Of a stretch of DNA of 64,000 bases, positions 34,451 through 44,268 are shown piece by piece. Below the pieces are notes generated by a model that was not told the DNA's origin, did not search any database, and worked only from the letters and a program-made list of their open reading frames with translations. Each line of letters starts with the position of its first letter. Position 1 is the first letter of the stretch. Both the position numbers and the translations under genes were made by a program. The stretch is from the NCBI GenBank assembly GCA_963612465.1, contig CAVDUV010000006.1:36732-100731 (forward strand), read 5' to 3'. The DNA is from Bacteroidaceae bacterium (GTDB lineage: Bacteria > Bacteroidota > Bacteroidia > Bacteroidales > Muribaculaceae).

Positions 34451-35902
34451 TTAGTTCGTTGATTTGAATCCGTATAATAAATATCTGATTTTTTCGACTG
34501 AGGTGGTGTTGTCTTTTGATAAAGTGACACCCCAGGTGGGCTCGTATGTGCACTCTACAGCGTCATAGGCGCCTGCGAAGTCGGAGCCTCCGGCATGGTA
34601 GGAGTAAGCCAAATAATATGTGTTGTTATAGCTTTGCCCCCATCCCCAATTCATCCGCAGGTAGGTGTATTTGATTCCGTCACGCTCGATTTGCATTTCG
34701 GTGTCGCCTGATGCTGATTGCATGAACATCCATGATGGGTATCGGTTGTATTCCTCCTCGGTGATTCGGTGTGACTCGTCCCACTCATAGTTTATGACCA
34801 TCTTGTCCTCGTTGGTTCGCGCACCGTCAATGATGAATGTGTGCCCGCCGTCGGAAGCTCCATTGTTGTCAACCATCTTTCCGGCGACATAGACTGGGCA
34901 TCCCGACCTTAAGTTGGACATTACCGTGGTAAAGTTGTAGTTGTCGCTCTTGCTGAATGACAACTTGTAAGGACTGAACGCTTTGGATTCCTTGTCTCCT
35001 GTTGTGGAACCTGCATCCCAAGTGTATGTTGTTCCCAAAATTGAGCCTAGGTAGGCGATGAACATGGCCTGGGTGTTGCTGGATGAGAAAATTGAGCTCC
35101 ATCCGTCGGTTGAAAATCCAGTGACGCCGAACCAGTTGTCATTAATTGTGGGCATGTGTGCTGCCGAAGGCAGTGTGGTGCCCAAATTGTTGCCGGCCCG
35201 ATAGTGTGCTATGATTTGGCCGCAAGCCACAGGAATGCAACCGGCTGGACAATGCCGCCAAGATCCAGCAGAATCTTGCCGCATAACAGTGTAGTTGTTG
35301 TAAGGACTGTTTTGATTCCAACTGGTTTTAATAATGTGTGGGATTTCGTCGGTGTTGCTTACATATGCCGAATCGGTGGCAATCCACATTCCGTCGCCAT
35401 ATGCTGAGCGCCTTTTTGCTTTGCTGGCACCTTTTTCAAGGCCTTGCCGATTGGTGTCAATCAGCGCCCAAACAGGGTCTCTGTGCGTCTCTCCGCTTGC
35501 TCTCATTGCGGCTACGCGGTCAATAAGACCTTGAATGCTCTGGATGGCAGGATTCTCGACATCGAGCAGATTAAGCACGCCCTCGTCGGAGAAAGCGAGT
35601 ACAGGCGGCATGCGTTGGTCGCCCGATATCAGTTTCCACCCTTTGTCGAGGTTTACACAATAGGCCAGGGTGTCACCGCCTTCACAGATAGGTATAATAC
35701 TCCTTACCCTGGCACTCTTGTGGGCTGTGTTTAGGAACTTGCTGAGCATCTGGCGAGTCACGCCATAGTTGATTGTGGATGCGTCTGCGCTGGTTTGTGC
35801 GCTTGTCACATCGGGCGAGCTCTCGAAAATGTCAGCCTCGTTGCAGCCGGTCAGCAATAGCCCGGCGGCAATAAGGTTTAGTAGTGAAAATGTTACTCTC
35901 AT
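34451..35902 (-). CDS. C10 (streptopain-like) cysteine protease lipoprotein, copy 2
   Basis: The 483-aa translation is identical to 31468..32919. Confidence 0.85.
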   Translation of the reverse strand: MRVTFSLLNLIAAGLLLTGCNEADIFESSPDVTSAQTSADASTINYGVTRQMLSKFLNTAHKSARVRSIIPICEGGDTLAYCVNLDKGWKLISGDQRMPPVLAFSDEGVLNLLDVENPAIQSIQGLIDRVAAMRASGETHRDPVWALIDTNRQGLEKGASKAKRRSAYGDGMWIATDSAYVSNTDEIPHIIKTSWNQNSPYNNYTVMRQDSAGSWRHCPAGCIPVACGQIIAHYRAGNNLGTTLPSAAHMPTINDNWFGVTGFSTDGWSSIFSSSNTQAMFIAYLGSILGTTYTWDAGSTTGDKESKAFSPYKLSFSKSDNYNFTTVMSNLRSGCPVYVAGKMVDNNGASDGGHTFIIDGARTNEDKMVINYEWDESHRITEEEYNRYPSWMFMQSASGDTEMQIERDGIKYTYLRMNWGWGQSYNNTYYLAYSYHAGGSDFAGAYDAVECTYEPTWGVTLSKDNTTSVEKIRYLLYGFKSTN

Positions 35903-36271
35903 AATATTAATGTGCTGTTACGCTTGGTTTTTCTACGACCATAATAAAATCGTGTGCGGCAAATATATTAATTGTTTGTCAAACGCCACCCAAAAAATGT
36001 AAAATATTTTAATACACATTGCATTTTTTTCAAAAAAGCATAATATGTTGATAGTCTGAACAGCTAGCGATAGAGTAAAAATAGAATGAAGGGTGGTCTT
36101 TTTGCTTGTTCAAATAATGTGGATTCGTCGTATTTTTTTGAATGGAAACTTATTCTTTTTGCCAAGTTTGTGGTAATTTTGCAATGCGCTGAGGTGTTTT
36201 GAAAATAGAATACGGCCATTGGCCATAAACCATTCAGCGAATAACAACCACTAAAAACACAGTTAATCATC

Positions 36272-36955
36272 ATGGCCGACAATGAAATAATAGAGCGCAT
36301 TAAATATTTGATCCGCAATCTCAATTACCGCCAAAACGAATTTGCCGAAAAAATAGGCATTAATGCCTCCAATCTGTCAAAGTACATCAATGGCCGCTTG
36401 CCAGTGAGTGAGTCGCTGGTCAATCGCATAGTAGTCAACATGGGAGTGTCGAAGCAGTGGCTTGAAAGCGGTACCGACCTCCCGTTTGCAAAGGCTCAGC
36501 CTGCGCCCGCATCGGTTAGTGTTTCCCCGGCCGATATTAGTGCTCCCTGCAATGGTACCCCCGTGTATGATATCGACGTGACGGCCGGCACCATGCCACG
36601 GGCTCAGATGTTTACCGACGAGCAGATAATAGGCACAGTGAACTTGCCCGATATGGTGAGCAGCGACAGCCGCATAGTGCGGGTGAGCGGCGACAGCATG
36701 AGCCCCGTGATACGCAATGGCGACTTCATAGCCGTGCGCGAGTTGACCAACACGCGCCAGATATTTTGGGGACAGATATATGTGGTGATGCTCGACGACT
36801 ATCGCATGGTGAAATATCTGCGCCGCAACAGCAACCCCGACATGGTGACACTGCATAGCGAGAATCCGGCCTATGACGACATGGAGGTGCTGCGCGATGA
36901 GATTCGCGACTTGATGTTTGTGCAGGCTATTCTGCACTTTGACGTGCGCATGTGA
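36272..36955 (+). CDS. XRE-HTH / S24 peptidase (LexA/CI-like) repressor
   Basis: N-terminal HTH (QNEFAEKIGINASNLSKYINGR). C-terminal S24 motif VSGDSMSPVIRNGDFIAV and a downstream Lys region. Confidence 0.8.
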   Translation: MADNEIIERIKYLIRNLNYRQNEFAEKIGINASNLSKYINGRLPVSESLVNRIVVNMGVSKQWLESGTDLPFAKAQPAPASVSVSPADISAPCNGTPVYDIDVTAGTMPRAQMFTDEQIIGTVNLPDMVSSDSRIVRVSGDSMSPVIRNGDFIAVRELTNTRQIFWGQIYVVMLDDYRMVKYLRRNSNPDMVTLHSENPAYDDMEVLRDEIRDLMFVQAILHFDVRM

Positions 36956-36990
36956 CCCACGGGCCAAGCAAAATCTAAAAAAAACTGACA

Positions 36991-38217
36991 ATGAATCAAG
37001 AGAAAATCACAACATATACCTTGCCCAACGGGTTGCGGTGCGTGCATGTGGCAAGCCAGTCGCCTGTGGGATGGTGTGGCCTGGTGGTGGATGCCGGCAG
37101 TCGCGATGATGCCGAAGGCCATTACGGCTTGGCCCATTTTGTGGAGCACACAATATTCAAGGGCACCACACACCGCCGGGCATGGCACATCATCAACCGC
37201 ATGGAGGCAGTGGGTGGCGAGCTCAACGCCTATACCACAAAGGAAGATACCACCATCTATGCAACCTTTCCGGTCGAGCACTTTGGCCGCGCCATTCAGC
37301 TCATTGCCGATTTGGTGACGTGCTCGGTGTTTCCCGAGGCAGAGTTGGAGCGTGAGCGAGGAGTGGTGCTTGAGGAAATCGACTCTTACCGCGACTCGCC
37401 GGCCGATGCCGTGTATGACGATTTCGAAGACCTGTTGTTTGAGGCTAGCGGCATCGGGCACAACATCCTTGGCAACTCTGCCCATTTGGCAACGATCACC
37501 AGCAGCGACTGTTGCGACTATTTGAAACGCCTCTATGTGCCAGCCAACATGGTGCTGTTCTCGATGGGAAACATAGCGCCGTCGAGAGTCGAGACCATGG
37601 CCGTGAAGCACTTTGGCCACTTGCATCACACCCTTGAGCGCAATCCGCGCCACCTGCCTGCGCCAGTGTCGCCGCGGCGGCGCAAGGAGTCGGCCGACTT
37701 GCATCAGAGCCACACCATAATAGGTGCCCGCATTCCCGGCATGCACGACGAGCGGCGCTATGCCCTGTCGCTGCTCAACAACATAGTGGGCGGACCCGGC
37801 ATGAACTCACTGCTCAATGTGCAGCTGCGCGAGCGGCGAGGATATGTCTACACGGTGGAGTCGAGCGTCACGCCTTTTACCGATTGCGGACTCTTTGAGG
37901 TGTATTTCGGGTGCGACAGCAGCAATGCCGACAAAAGTCTGCGCATTGTGGAACGCAACTTGCGGCAGCTTGCCGAAACGCCGCTCACACCTCGGCAACT
38001 CGCAGCCGCCAAGAAGCAATATTGCGGCCAACTGCTGCTTGCCAGCGACAATGCCGAGGCCAACGTCATAGGTGCCGGAAAATCACTGCTGTATTACGGC
38101 CGAGTGGGCACGCTGTCGGGGTCGATAGAGCACATCCAGTCGATAGATGCCGCCCAGTTGATGGATGTGGCCGGCTTGCTGCAGCCCGAGCTTTGCTCAG
38201 TGCTGACATTCGGGTAG
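36991..38217 (+). CDS. M16 (pitrilysin) family zinc peptidase
   Basis: Inverted zinc motif HFVEH in GLAHFVEHTIFKGT. 408 aa. Confidence 0.85.
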   Translation: MNQEKITTYTLPNGLRCVHVASQSPVGWCGLVVDAGSRDDAEGHYGLAHFVEHTIFKGTTHRRAWHIINRMEAVGGELNAYTTKEDTTIYATFPVEHFGRAIQLIADLVTCSVFPEAELERERGVVLEEIDSYRDSPADAVYDDFEDLLFEASGIGHNILGNSAHLATITSSDCCDYLKRLYVPANMVLFSMGNIAPSRVETMAVKHFGHLHHTLERNPRHLPAPVSPRRRKESADLHQSHTIIGARIPGMHDERRYALSLLNNIVGGPGMNSLLNVQLRERRGYVYTVESSVTPFTDCGLFEVYFGCDSSNADKSLRIVERNLRQLAETPLTPRQLAAAKKQYCGQLLLASDNAEANVIGAGKSLLYYGRVGTLSGSIEHIQSIDAAQLMDVAGLLQPELCSVLTFG

Positions 38218-38426
38218 ACCTGTGACGGCCGTTGGAATGCTGTTTTGCTCCAAAATCAGTCCCAAAATGGCGTGCTAAAGGTTTTTTTGGCTCTATTGCT
38301 TGCTGTGATGGCGCAAAATTCGTATTTTCGTAGCATTAACGGGTTTTGTGTGCGGCCGATGCCGCAACGTGATTTTCCCGTGACGGTTTGCCGAAAACTC
38401 TATAAAACAAATAAACAGTATTGACT

Positions 38427-38987
38427 ATGAACGATGTTAATCATTATCTGCAGCCTGCCGAGAAGAAAATGAGCGAGGCTGTAGGCTATTTAGACGAGTC
38501 GCTGGCACATATCCGTGCCGGCAAGGCCAATGTGAAAATTCTCGACGGCGTGCGTGTTGAATACTATGGCAGCAAGATGCCCATAAGCAATGTGGCCAAT
38601 GTCAACACACCCGACGCGCGCACCATTGTGATTACACCGTGGGAGAAAAACATGTTCAGGGTGATTGAGAAGGCAATCATCGACTCTAACGTTGGCATTA
38701 TGCCCGAGAATAACGGCGAAGTGATACGCCTGAGCATTCCGCCCCTTACCGAAGACCGCCGCAAGCAGCTCGTCAAGGAGTCGAAGGCTGAGGCCGAAAA
38801 GGCCAAGGTGAGCGTGCGCAATGCCCGCCGCGAAGCAATTGAGGGCTTGAAGAAGGCCGTGAAAGACGGTATGGCCGAGGATGTGGAGAAAGATGCTGAG
38901 AACAAAGTGCAGAAGTTGCACGACAAGTATCTTAAGACTATCGACGAACTCTTTGCCGCAAAGGAAAAGGAAATCCTCACCGTCTGA
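38427..38987 (+). CDS. frr: ribosome recycling factor
   Basis: Typical RRF sequence ([21 protein letters not shown]...[12 protein letters not shown]...). ATG at 38427 (the track starts at TTG 38421). Confidence 0.95.
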   Translation: MNDVNHYLQPAEKKMSEAVGYLDESLAHIRAGKANVKILDGVRVEYYGSKMPISNVANVNTPDARTIVITPWEKNMFRVIEKAIIDSNVGIMPENNGEVIRLSIPPLTEDRRKQLVKESKAEAEKAKVSVRNARREAIEGLKKAVKDGMAEDVEKDAENKVQKLHDKYLKTIDELFAAKEKEILTV

Positions 38988-39015
38988 GAACGGTCGTGAT
39001 CGAATGACACAAGCA

Positions 39016-39046
39016 CGGCCCGGCTCCACTAATAGGAGCCGGGCCG
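39016..39046. terminator. bidirectional hairpin terminator
   Basis: cggcccggctcc / ggagccgggccg is a 12-bp stem between the convergent frr and hydrolase genes. Confidence 0.75.
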
Positions 39047-39084
39047 CGTCTTTATGCTGTGGCTCGGTTTGTGTGGCTGGCACC

Positions 39085-40623
39085 TTAGCGTGGCGCGCAC
39101 GTGATGACCACTGGTTTGTCGGGCTTGAAATTGTCGGTGATGGTGACCACGGGCGCGTCGGTGTCGAGTTTGCCTACCGTGAACGTGCGTGAGCTTATCC
39201 AGTTGGTATAAACCACACGGGCTGTGAATGTGCCGTGCTTGCGGTCGTAGGCATAGCAGCCGGCAGTGGTGTAGGGGATGGTGTGCCCGCTGATGCTTGT
39301 GAGCGGCAAGGAGAATGCCCCGTTGAAAAAGGGCGGCGCCATGCGTGTGGTGTGCCGTGCCCACTGCTTGTGCCCAAGCGCAATGCTGTCGCAGGTACCA
39401 TCGGTCATTGTCACCACAAGGGTGCGCTGCCTGTTGCCGCCGATTAGCTGCAGCGAACTTATTCCCAATGCGTTGCCGGTGAGCGATAGGTTGAAATCAC
39501 GGCCCGCGGCATTGCCGTCGAGCGTCGGTATTGACATTGATGCCAGTTTGCGGTCAAGAGATTGCTGCCGCTTGGCGTTTTGCCTTAGGGGCGCATCTTT
39601 AACTCCGGGCATCAGCTGCTGCCACACGCACCTCAACTCGTCGTATGGGCCGTGGTCGAGGCTGATGCCGTTGATGGCCACCACCAGCTGCTTGGCAGGG
39701 TCTACTATGATATATTGGCCATAGGCTCCGTCGGCCCGTGCCACGCCGGGTTCAAGACATCGCCACATTTGGTAGCCATATCCTTGGTTCAGGTCGCTCG
39801 GCTTGTTGCCCGGATGCCATTCAATTTGCACTTTCTGCATGTCGGCCACCCATTCGGCAGGCACCACTTGCTCCCCGTTCCACTTGCCGCCGTTGAGCAT
39901 CATTTGTCCGATTTTGGCCATGGCCTCAAGGCCGAGGCGCAGTCCCCAGCCGCCGGTGCACACTCCACTGGGGCTGAGTTGCCAATCGGCCTCGTCGATT
40001 CCGAGCGGTGTGAACAGCCGTTCACGCAGGTATTGCACCACAGTCTTTCCCGTGACTTTTTGCACGATGGCCGACAGCATGTAGGTGCAAAAACTGTCGT
40101 AGCGGAATCGGTGGTCGGATCCCAACTTGGGGTTGGCCAAAAAAGCCTGCTCCCAGTTGCGGTGGTGCAGTGGCAAGTCGCCTGGTGTGTGGGCTCCGGC
40201 ATCCATCGTGAGCAAGTGCCGCACAGTGAGTGTGGCAAGTGCTTCGCTCACGGTATCGGGCAGGATGTCGGGGAAAAATGCTGCCACGCGGTCGGTGAGG
40301 CGCAGGCGGTTGTCGCCTATGGCCATACCCACGGCAATCGACGTCAGCGTCTTGCTGCACGAAAACAGCGTGTGCACCTCGCCCTGCCTCCAGGGGGCAT
40401 TGTGCCCTTCGGCCACCACATAGCCGTTGCGCACTATCATAAGGTGGTGAATCTCGGTTTTGGGCAGGGCTTGAAGTGAGTCAACTAGTCGCTCGATGGC
40501 TTGCGGGTCGATGCCCTGTTCGGCTGCCGTCGACCGTGGCAGCCGGCTCTCGGCGGTAGCTCCTTGTGTGGCCGTTGCCATTAAGGCAAGGGCAAGAGCT
40601 ATGGATTTCAGTCTCATTGTCAA
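39085..40623 (-). CDS. serine hydrolase, beta-lactamase/transpeptidase-like family
   Basis: Signal peptide. SxxK motif in FSCSKTLTS. 512 aa with a C-terminal extra domain. Confidence 0.75.
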   Translation of the reverse strand: MTMRLKSIALALALMATATQGATAESRLPRSTAAEQGIDPQAIERLVDSLQALPKTEIHHLMIVRNGYVVAEGHNAPWRQGEVHTLFSCSKTLTSIAVGMAIGDNRLRLTDRVAAFFPDILPDTVSEALATLTVRHLLTMDAGAHTPGDLPLHHRNWEQAFLANPKLGSDHRFRYDSFCTYMLSAIVQKVTGKTVVQYLRERLFTPLGIDEADWQLSPSGVCTGGWGLRLGLEAMAKIGQMMLNGGKWNGEQVVPAEWVADMQKVQIEWHPGNKPSDLNQGYGYQMWRCLEPGVARADGAYGQYIIVDPAKQLVVAINGISLDHGPYDELRCVWQQLMPGVKDAPLRQNAKRQQSLDRKLASMSIPTLDGNAAGRDFNLSLTGNALGISSLQLIGGNRQRTLVVTMTDGTCDSIALGHKQWARHTTRMAPPFFNGAFSLPLTSISGHTIPYTTAGCYAYDRKHGTFTARVVYTNWISSRTFTVGKLDTDAPVVTITDNFKPDKPVVITCAPR

Positions 40624-40658
40624 TACAGGTTTTTATGAGTGTAATGGTGTGGCGTGAA

Positions 40659-41477
40659 TCAGGTGAGGGGGATGGTGGTCCAGTGGCTGGGCACCAAGTC
40701 GGGCATGGGTGCGGTTCTGCTCCAGTGCTCAGGGGCAATCACTATGCGGTCGGGGTCGGTGTTGAGCCATGCGCCCCACCAGCCGTTGAGCGACGGTGAT
40801 ATTATGCAGTGGCTTGCTCTCATCAGGTAGGCTATCAATGTGGCCTCATTGGCAATGGGATAACCCGATATCTGCACATTTGCGCCTTGGAAATTCACGT
40901 TGGCGCGAGTCCAGGCAGTGTCGGATGTGAATACCACAAACTGTGGCTTGTCGAGAGTGGTGAGCACGTTGGCCACAGCCCAGTTGAAGTAGTCGGCGGT
41001 GACTGCACCGTTCTGTGGCTGGCTCACCAGCATTGCCACGCATTGAGGCTTGCGCAACAGCTTGATCAGCTCCCACGAGCGTGCCGGCAGTTGGCGGTCG
41101 GTAACATCAAAAGCGGTTCTCACTTCATTCTCAACGCTGGAAAAATATTTGGGCGATAGCCACTTGCCGCGCAGGTAGCAGTTGTCGAGGCTTGTGATTT
41201 CCGGGTCGAATCCGGCATTGGGAGCCTCGCACACTATGCGCCCGCTAGGCTTTATCAGCTTCGACATCAAGCGCCCGGCGGCGCTGTGCATGCCATATGG
41301 CTTTAGTTGTTCGGGGGTGGCCAGGATGTAGTGTCGCAAGGTAAAGCGCGATTTTATCCACCCGCCTTTTTCGGCCACGTTCAGCAGCGTGTGCGGGTCG
41401 TTGACCCTCATGGCTGTGTATAGGGCGAATTGAAACATCTGCTCGGCCACACTGCCCTTGATTTCAATAATGTTCAT
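40659..41477 (-). CDS. GT11-like (alpha-1,2-fucosyltransferase-like) protein, motif-divergent
   Basis: The N-terminus IIEIKGSVAEQMFQFALYTAM resembles the GT11 GGLGNQMFQYA motif. I could not find the HxRRGDY motif. Confidence 0.4.
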   Translation of the reverse strand: MNIIEIKGSVAEQMFQFALYTAMRVNDPHTLLNVAEKGGWIKSRFTLRHYILATPEQLKPYGMHSAAGRLMSKLIKPSGRIVCEAPNAGFDPEITSLDNCYLRGKWLSPKYFSSVENEVRTAFDVTDRQLPARSWELIKLLRKPQCVAMLVSQPQNGAVTADYFNWAVANVLTTLDKPQFVVFTSDTAWTRANVNFQGANVQISGYPIANEATLIAYLMRASHCIISPSLNGWWGAWLNTDPDRIVIAPEHWSRTAPMPDLVPSHWTTIPLT

Positions 41478-41582
41478 CGGTTGTGCTTTTTGCTTGAGGC
41501 ATTTGCCTCAACTGCAAAAATAATGAAAATTGCCCCGGCGCGCCAATAATTTTTGTCTAAAATTGGCACGGGCAAAAACTAA

Positions 41583-44180
41583 ATGCTTACATTTGCATCT
41601 ATAATTATTTTGGCCAACATGGGTAAAAACGAATTATTTGCGATTCCCGGCCGCCTGTGGTCGGGAGTGAAAAGCGCTTTCAAGCGCTTTAGAGTATGGT
41701 ATAAATCCCTTTACAGAGGAAAGCCTTGGTATATAAAGACGGTGGTGGGTATAGCCACGTTCTTTGTGTGCTTTTTCATATATTTGATAGCCGTCGACAT
41801 CAATTTCTTGTGGCTCTTCGGCAAGTCGCCGTCGATGCACGACATCATGAATCCCAAAACGGCAAATGCGTCTTACATCTACAGTGCCGATGGCAAGATG
41901 ATAGGCAAGTTCTACAACGAGAACCGCACGCCCGTTAAGTTCGACGAGGTGAACCCCACCTTCTTCAAGGTGCTTATCGACACCGAAGACGAGCGCTTCT
42001 ACGACCATTGGGGCATCGATGTGCAGGGTCTCTTTGCCGCTGCCAAAGACATGCTTGTGCACGGTCGTTCGCGCGGTGCCTCCACCATCACGCAGCAGCT
42101 TGTGAAAAACATGTTCCGCGTGCGCACCCAGTATTCGACCGGCTTGCTCGGTTACATCCCCGGTGTGAGGATGCTCATAATGAAGACCAAGGAATGGATT
42201 TTGGCCACCGAAATCGAGATTTTCTATCACGACAAGCAAAGGATTCTTGAGATGTATGCCAACACCGTCGACTTTGGAAACAACGCTTATGGCATCAAGA
42301 CGGCGGCACGCACCTATTTCAATACCACCCCCGCCCAGCTCACCATTGAGGAGAGCGCCGTGCTTGTGGGCTTGCTAAAGGCCACTTCGAGCTATAACCC
42401 GCGCCGCAACTACGACCGCAGCCTCAAGCGCCGCAACGTGGTGCTCCGCAACATGCTTGAGCATGGCGACCTCACAAAGGCAGAATGCGACTCGCTGTGC
42501 AGCCTGCCAATTTTGCTCCAGTATCACCCCGAGGACGAGTTCACAGGCGTAGGGCCATACTTCCGCCGTGCTGTGCTTGAGGACCTTAAGGACTGGTGCA
42601 CCGACAATGGGGTTGACCTCTATACCGACGGACTGGAAATACACACCACCCTCGACACACGCATGCAAAAGTATGCTGAGGAGGCCGTGAGGGAACAGAT
42701 GAAAGTGGTGCAGCGCAATTTCCGGGCCCACTGGGGCGACGGTGACTGCTGGGTGGATGAGAACCAGCAGGTGATTCCGAATTTCGTGGCCGACAAGGCC
42801 CGCCAGTGTGATTACTACAAGACGCTTCAGGCCCGATATGGCGGTAACACCGACTCAATCGACTACTATATGAACAAGCCGCGCATGATGCACATCTTTG
42901 ACTACGATGGTGGCAAGGATATGGAGATAAGCGCAATGGACTCGGTGCGCCGCATGCTGCACTACATGCACTGCGGCCTGGTGGCTATGGAACCCGAGAC
43001 GGGCTACGTGCGCGCTTGGGTGGGCGACGTAGACTACAAGACGTGGAAATACGACAAGGTGAGTGCTATGCATCAACCCGGATCCACGTTCAAGTTGTTT
43101 GTGTATGCCGCTGCTATGGAGCGCGGTCTCACCCCGTGTGACCGCCGGCTCGACGCATATATCGACACCATGGTGCTCAACCGCCACACCCACCAGCTCG
43201 AACGCTGGGCTCCGCATAATGCCAACGGCCGATTCTCGGGAGCCAACATGACGCTGCGCTCGGCATTTGCCCAAAGTATCAACAGCGTGGCTGTGCGCGT
43301 GGGCAACGAGATGGGCCTCTCGAATGTGGCGCAGACGGCACGCGACATGGGCATCAAGTCGCCTCTCGATGAGACTCCGGCATTGAGCCTCGGCTCAAGC
43401 GATGTGAATCTGGAAGAGCTGGTGAGTGCCTATTGCACCGTGGCTGCCGATGGCATGGCGCATGAGCCTGTGCTTGTCACTCAGATAATGAGTGTGGGCA
43501 CCGACGGCGTGAAGAAGGTTATTTACACAAGCGAGAAGGAGAAGGGCGCTGCTCGCAGGGCAATATCGCACCGGGCTGCCTATCTGATGCAGAAAATGCT
43601 CGAGGCCAGCCGCACCGATGGCGGTGGCACCTCAATGCCCATCAATGCCTATGTGCCTTATGGCGACTGTGACTGGGGCGGCAAAACCGGTACCAGCAAC
43701 AGCCATGCCGATGCTTGGTTTGTGGCCGTGTCGCCAAAACTGGTGTGCGGCGCTTGGGTAGGCGGTGAATACCGTCAGATTCACTTCCGCACAGGCGCGC
43801 TCGGACAGGGAAGCCGCACGGCGCTGCCGGTGGTGGGTCTGTTCCTGCGCAAGCTGTTTGCCGATGCGGCGTTCAGCAAATATCGCGCACGATACACCAA
43901 CGACCCCGAACTCAACAATCTGGCAGTGGGATGCGCCAATGAATACCAGCGGGTGAGCAACGACTCGGTTGACTATGCCGCCGGCGACTCAATCGACATT
44001 GTGCAGGCTGCCGAGGAAGACATCAACGGGACTCCCGAGGGTGGCGCTACAGTTGCCGACCCTGTAATAACTGAGCCACAGGGAGGCGGCACTCCCGACG
44101 AAAATGTGAAGAAGGCCTTCGGCAACAAGGAAAAAGACAAGGAAAAGAAACAGAAGAAGACGGCAGAGCCAGAAGTATAG
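41583..44180 (+). CDS. penicillin-binding protein 1A (bifunctional transglycosylase/transpeptidase)
   Basis: GT51 motifs EDERFYDHWGID and GASTITQQLVKN. TP motifs GSTFK, SINS, KTGT. Alternative start at ATG 41619. Confidence 0.9.
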   Translation: MLTFASIIILANMGKNELFAIPGRLWSGVKSAFKRFRVWYKSLYRGKPWYIKTVVGIATFFVCFFIYLIAVDINFLWLFGKSPSMHDIMNPKTANASYIYSADGKMIGKFYNENRTPVKFDEVNPTFFKVLIDTEDERFYDHWGIDVQGLFAAAKDMLVHGRSRGASTITQQLVKNMFRVRTQYSTGLLGYIPGVRMLIMKTKEWILATEIEIFYHDKQRILEMYANTVDFGNNAYGIKTAARTYFNTTPAQLTIEESAVLVGLLKATSSYNPRRNYDRSLKRRNVVLRNMLEHGDLTKAECDSLCSLPILLQYHPEDEFTGVGPYFRRAVLEDLKDWCTDNGVDLYTDGLEIHTTLDTRMQKYAEEAVREQMKVVQRNFRAHWGDGDCWVDENQQVIPNFVADKARQCDYYKTLQARYGGNTDSIDYYMNKPRMMHIFDYDGGKDMEISAMDSVRRMLHYMHCGLVAMEPETGYVRAWVGDVDYKTWKYDKVSAMHQPGSTFKLFVYAAAMERGLTPCDRRLDAYIDTMVLNRHTHQLERWAPHNANGRFSGANMTLRSAFAQSINSVAVRVGNEMGLSNVAQTARDMGIKSPLDETPALSLGSSDVNLEELVSAYCTVAADGMAHEPVLVTQIMSVGTDGVKKVIYTSEKEKGAARRAISHRAAYLMQKMLEASRTDGGGTSMPINAYVPYGDCDWGGKTGTSNSHADAWFVAVSPKLVCGAWVGGEYRQIHFRTGALGQGSRTALPVVGLFLRKLFADAAFSKYRARYTNDPELNNLAVGCANEYQRVSNDSVDYAAGDSIDIVQAAEEDINGTPEGGATVADPVITEPQGGGTPDENVKKAFGNKEKDKEKKQKKTAEPEV

Positions 44181-44184
44181 ACTT

Positions 44185-44193
44185 CCCCCCCCC
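44185..44193. repeat. C9 homopolymer tract (intergenic, PBP1A-nadB)
   Basis: Nine consecutive C counted directly, 5 nt after the PBP1A stop. Confidence 0.95.
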
Positions 44194-44268
44194 GACCGCA
44201 ATTGACCTGCTGGCGATATCTGGCACTGATGCGCCGGCTCGAACATGAATGATTAAAAACACCATATA

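Larger units (their letters stand above)
33083..36029. repeat. tandem duplication unit 2 (serpin plus C10 protease operon)
   Basis: See unit 1. Differences: a 1-nt indel near 30121/33105, one synonymous change in the serpin's third-from-last codon (Phe, ttc vs ttt), and a few substitutions upstream of the C10 gene. Confidence 0.95.

Noticed and set aside
36064-36324. 86-aa minus-strand ORF overlapping the start of the LexA-like gene.
   Set aside because: It lies in an AT-rich promoter region, overlaps a well-supported gene start, and has no recognisable features.
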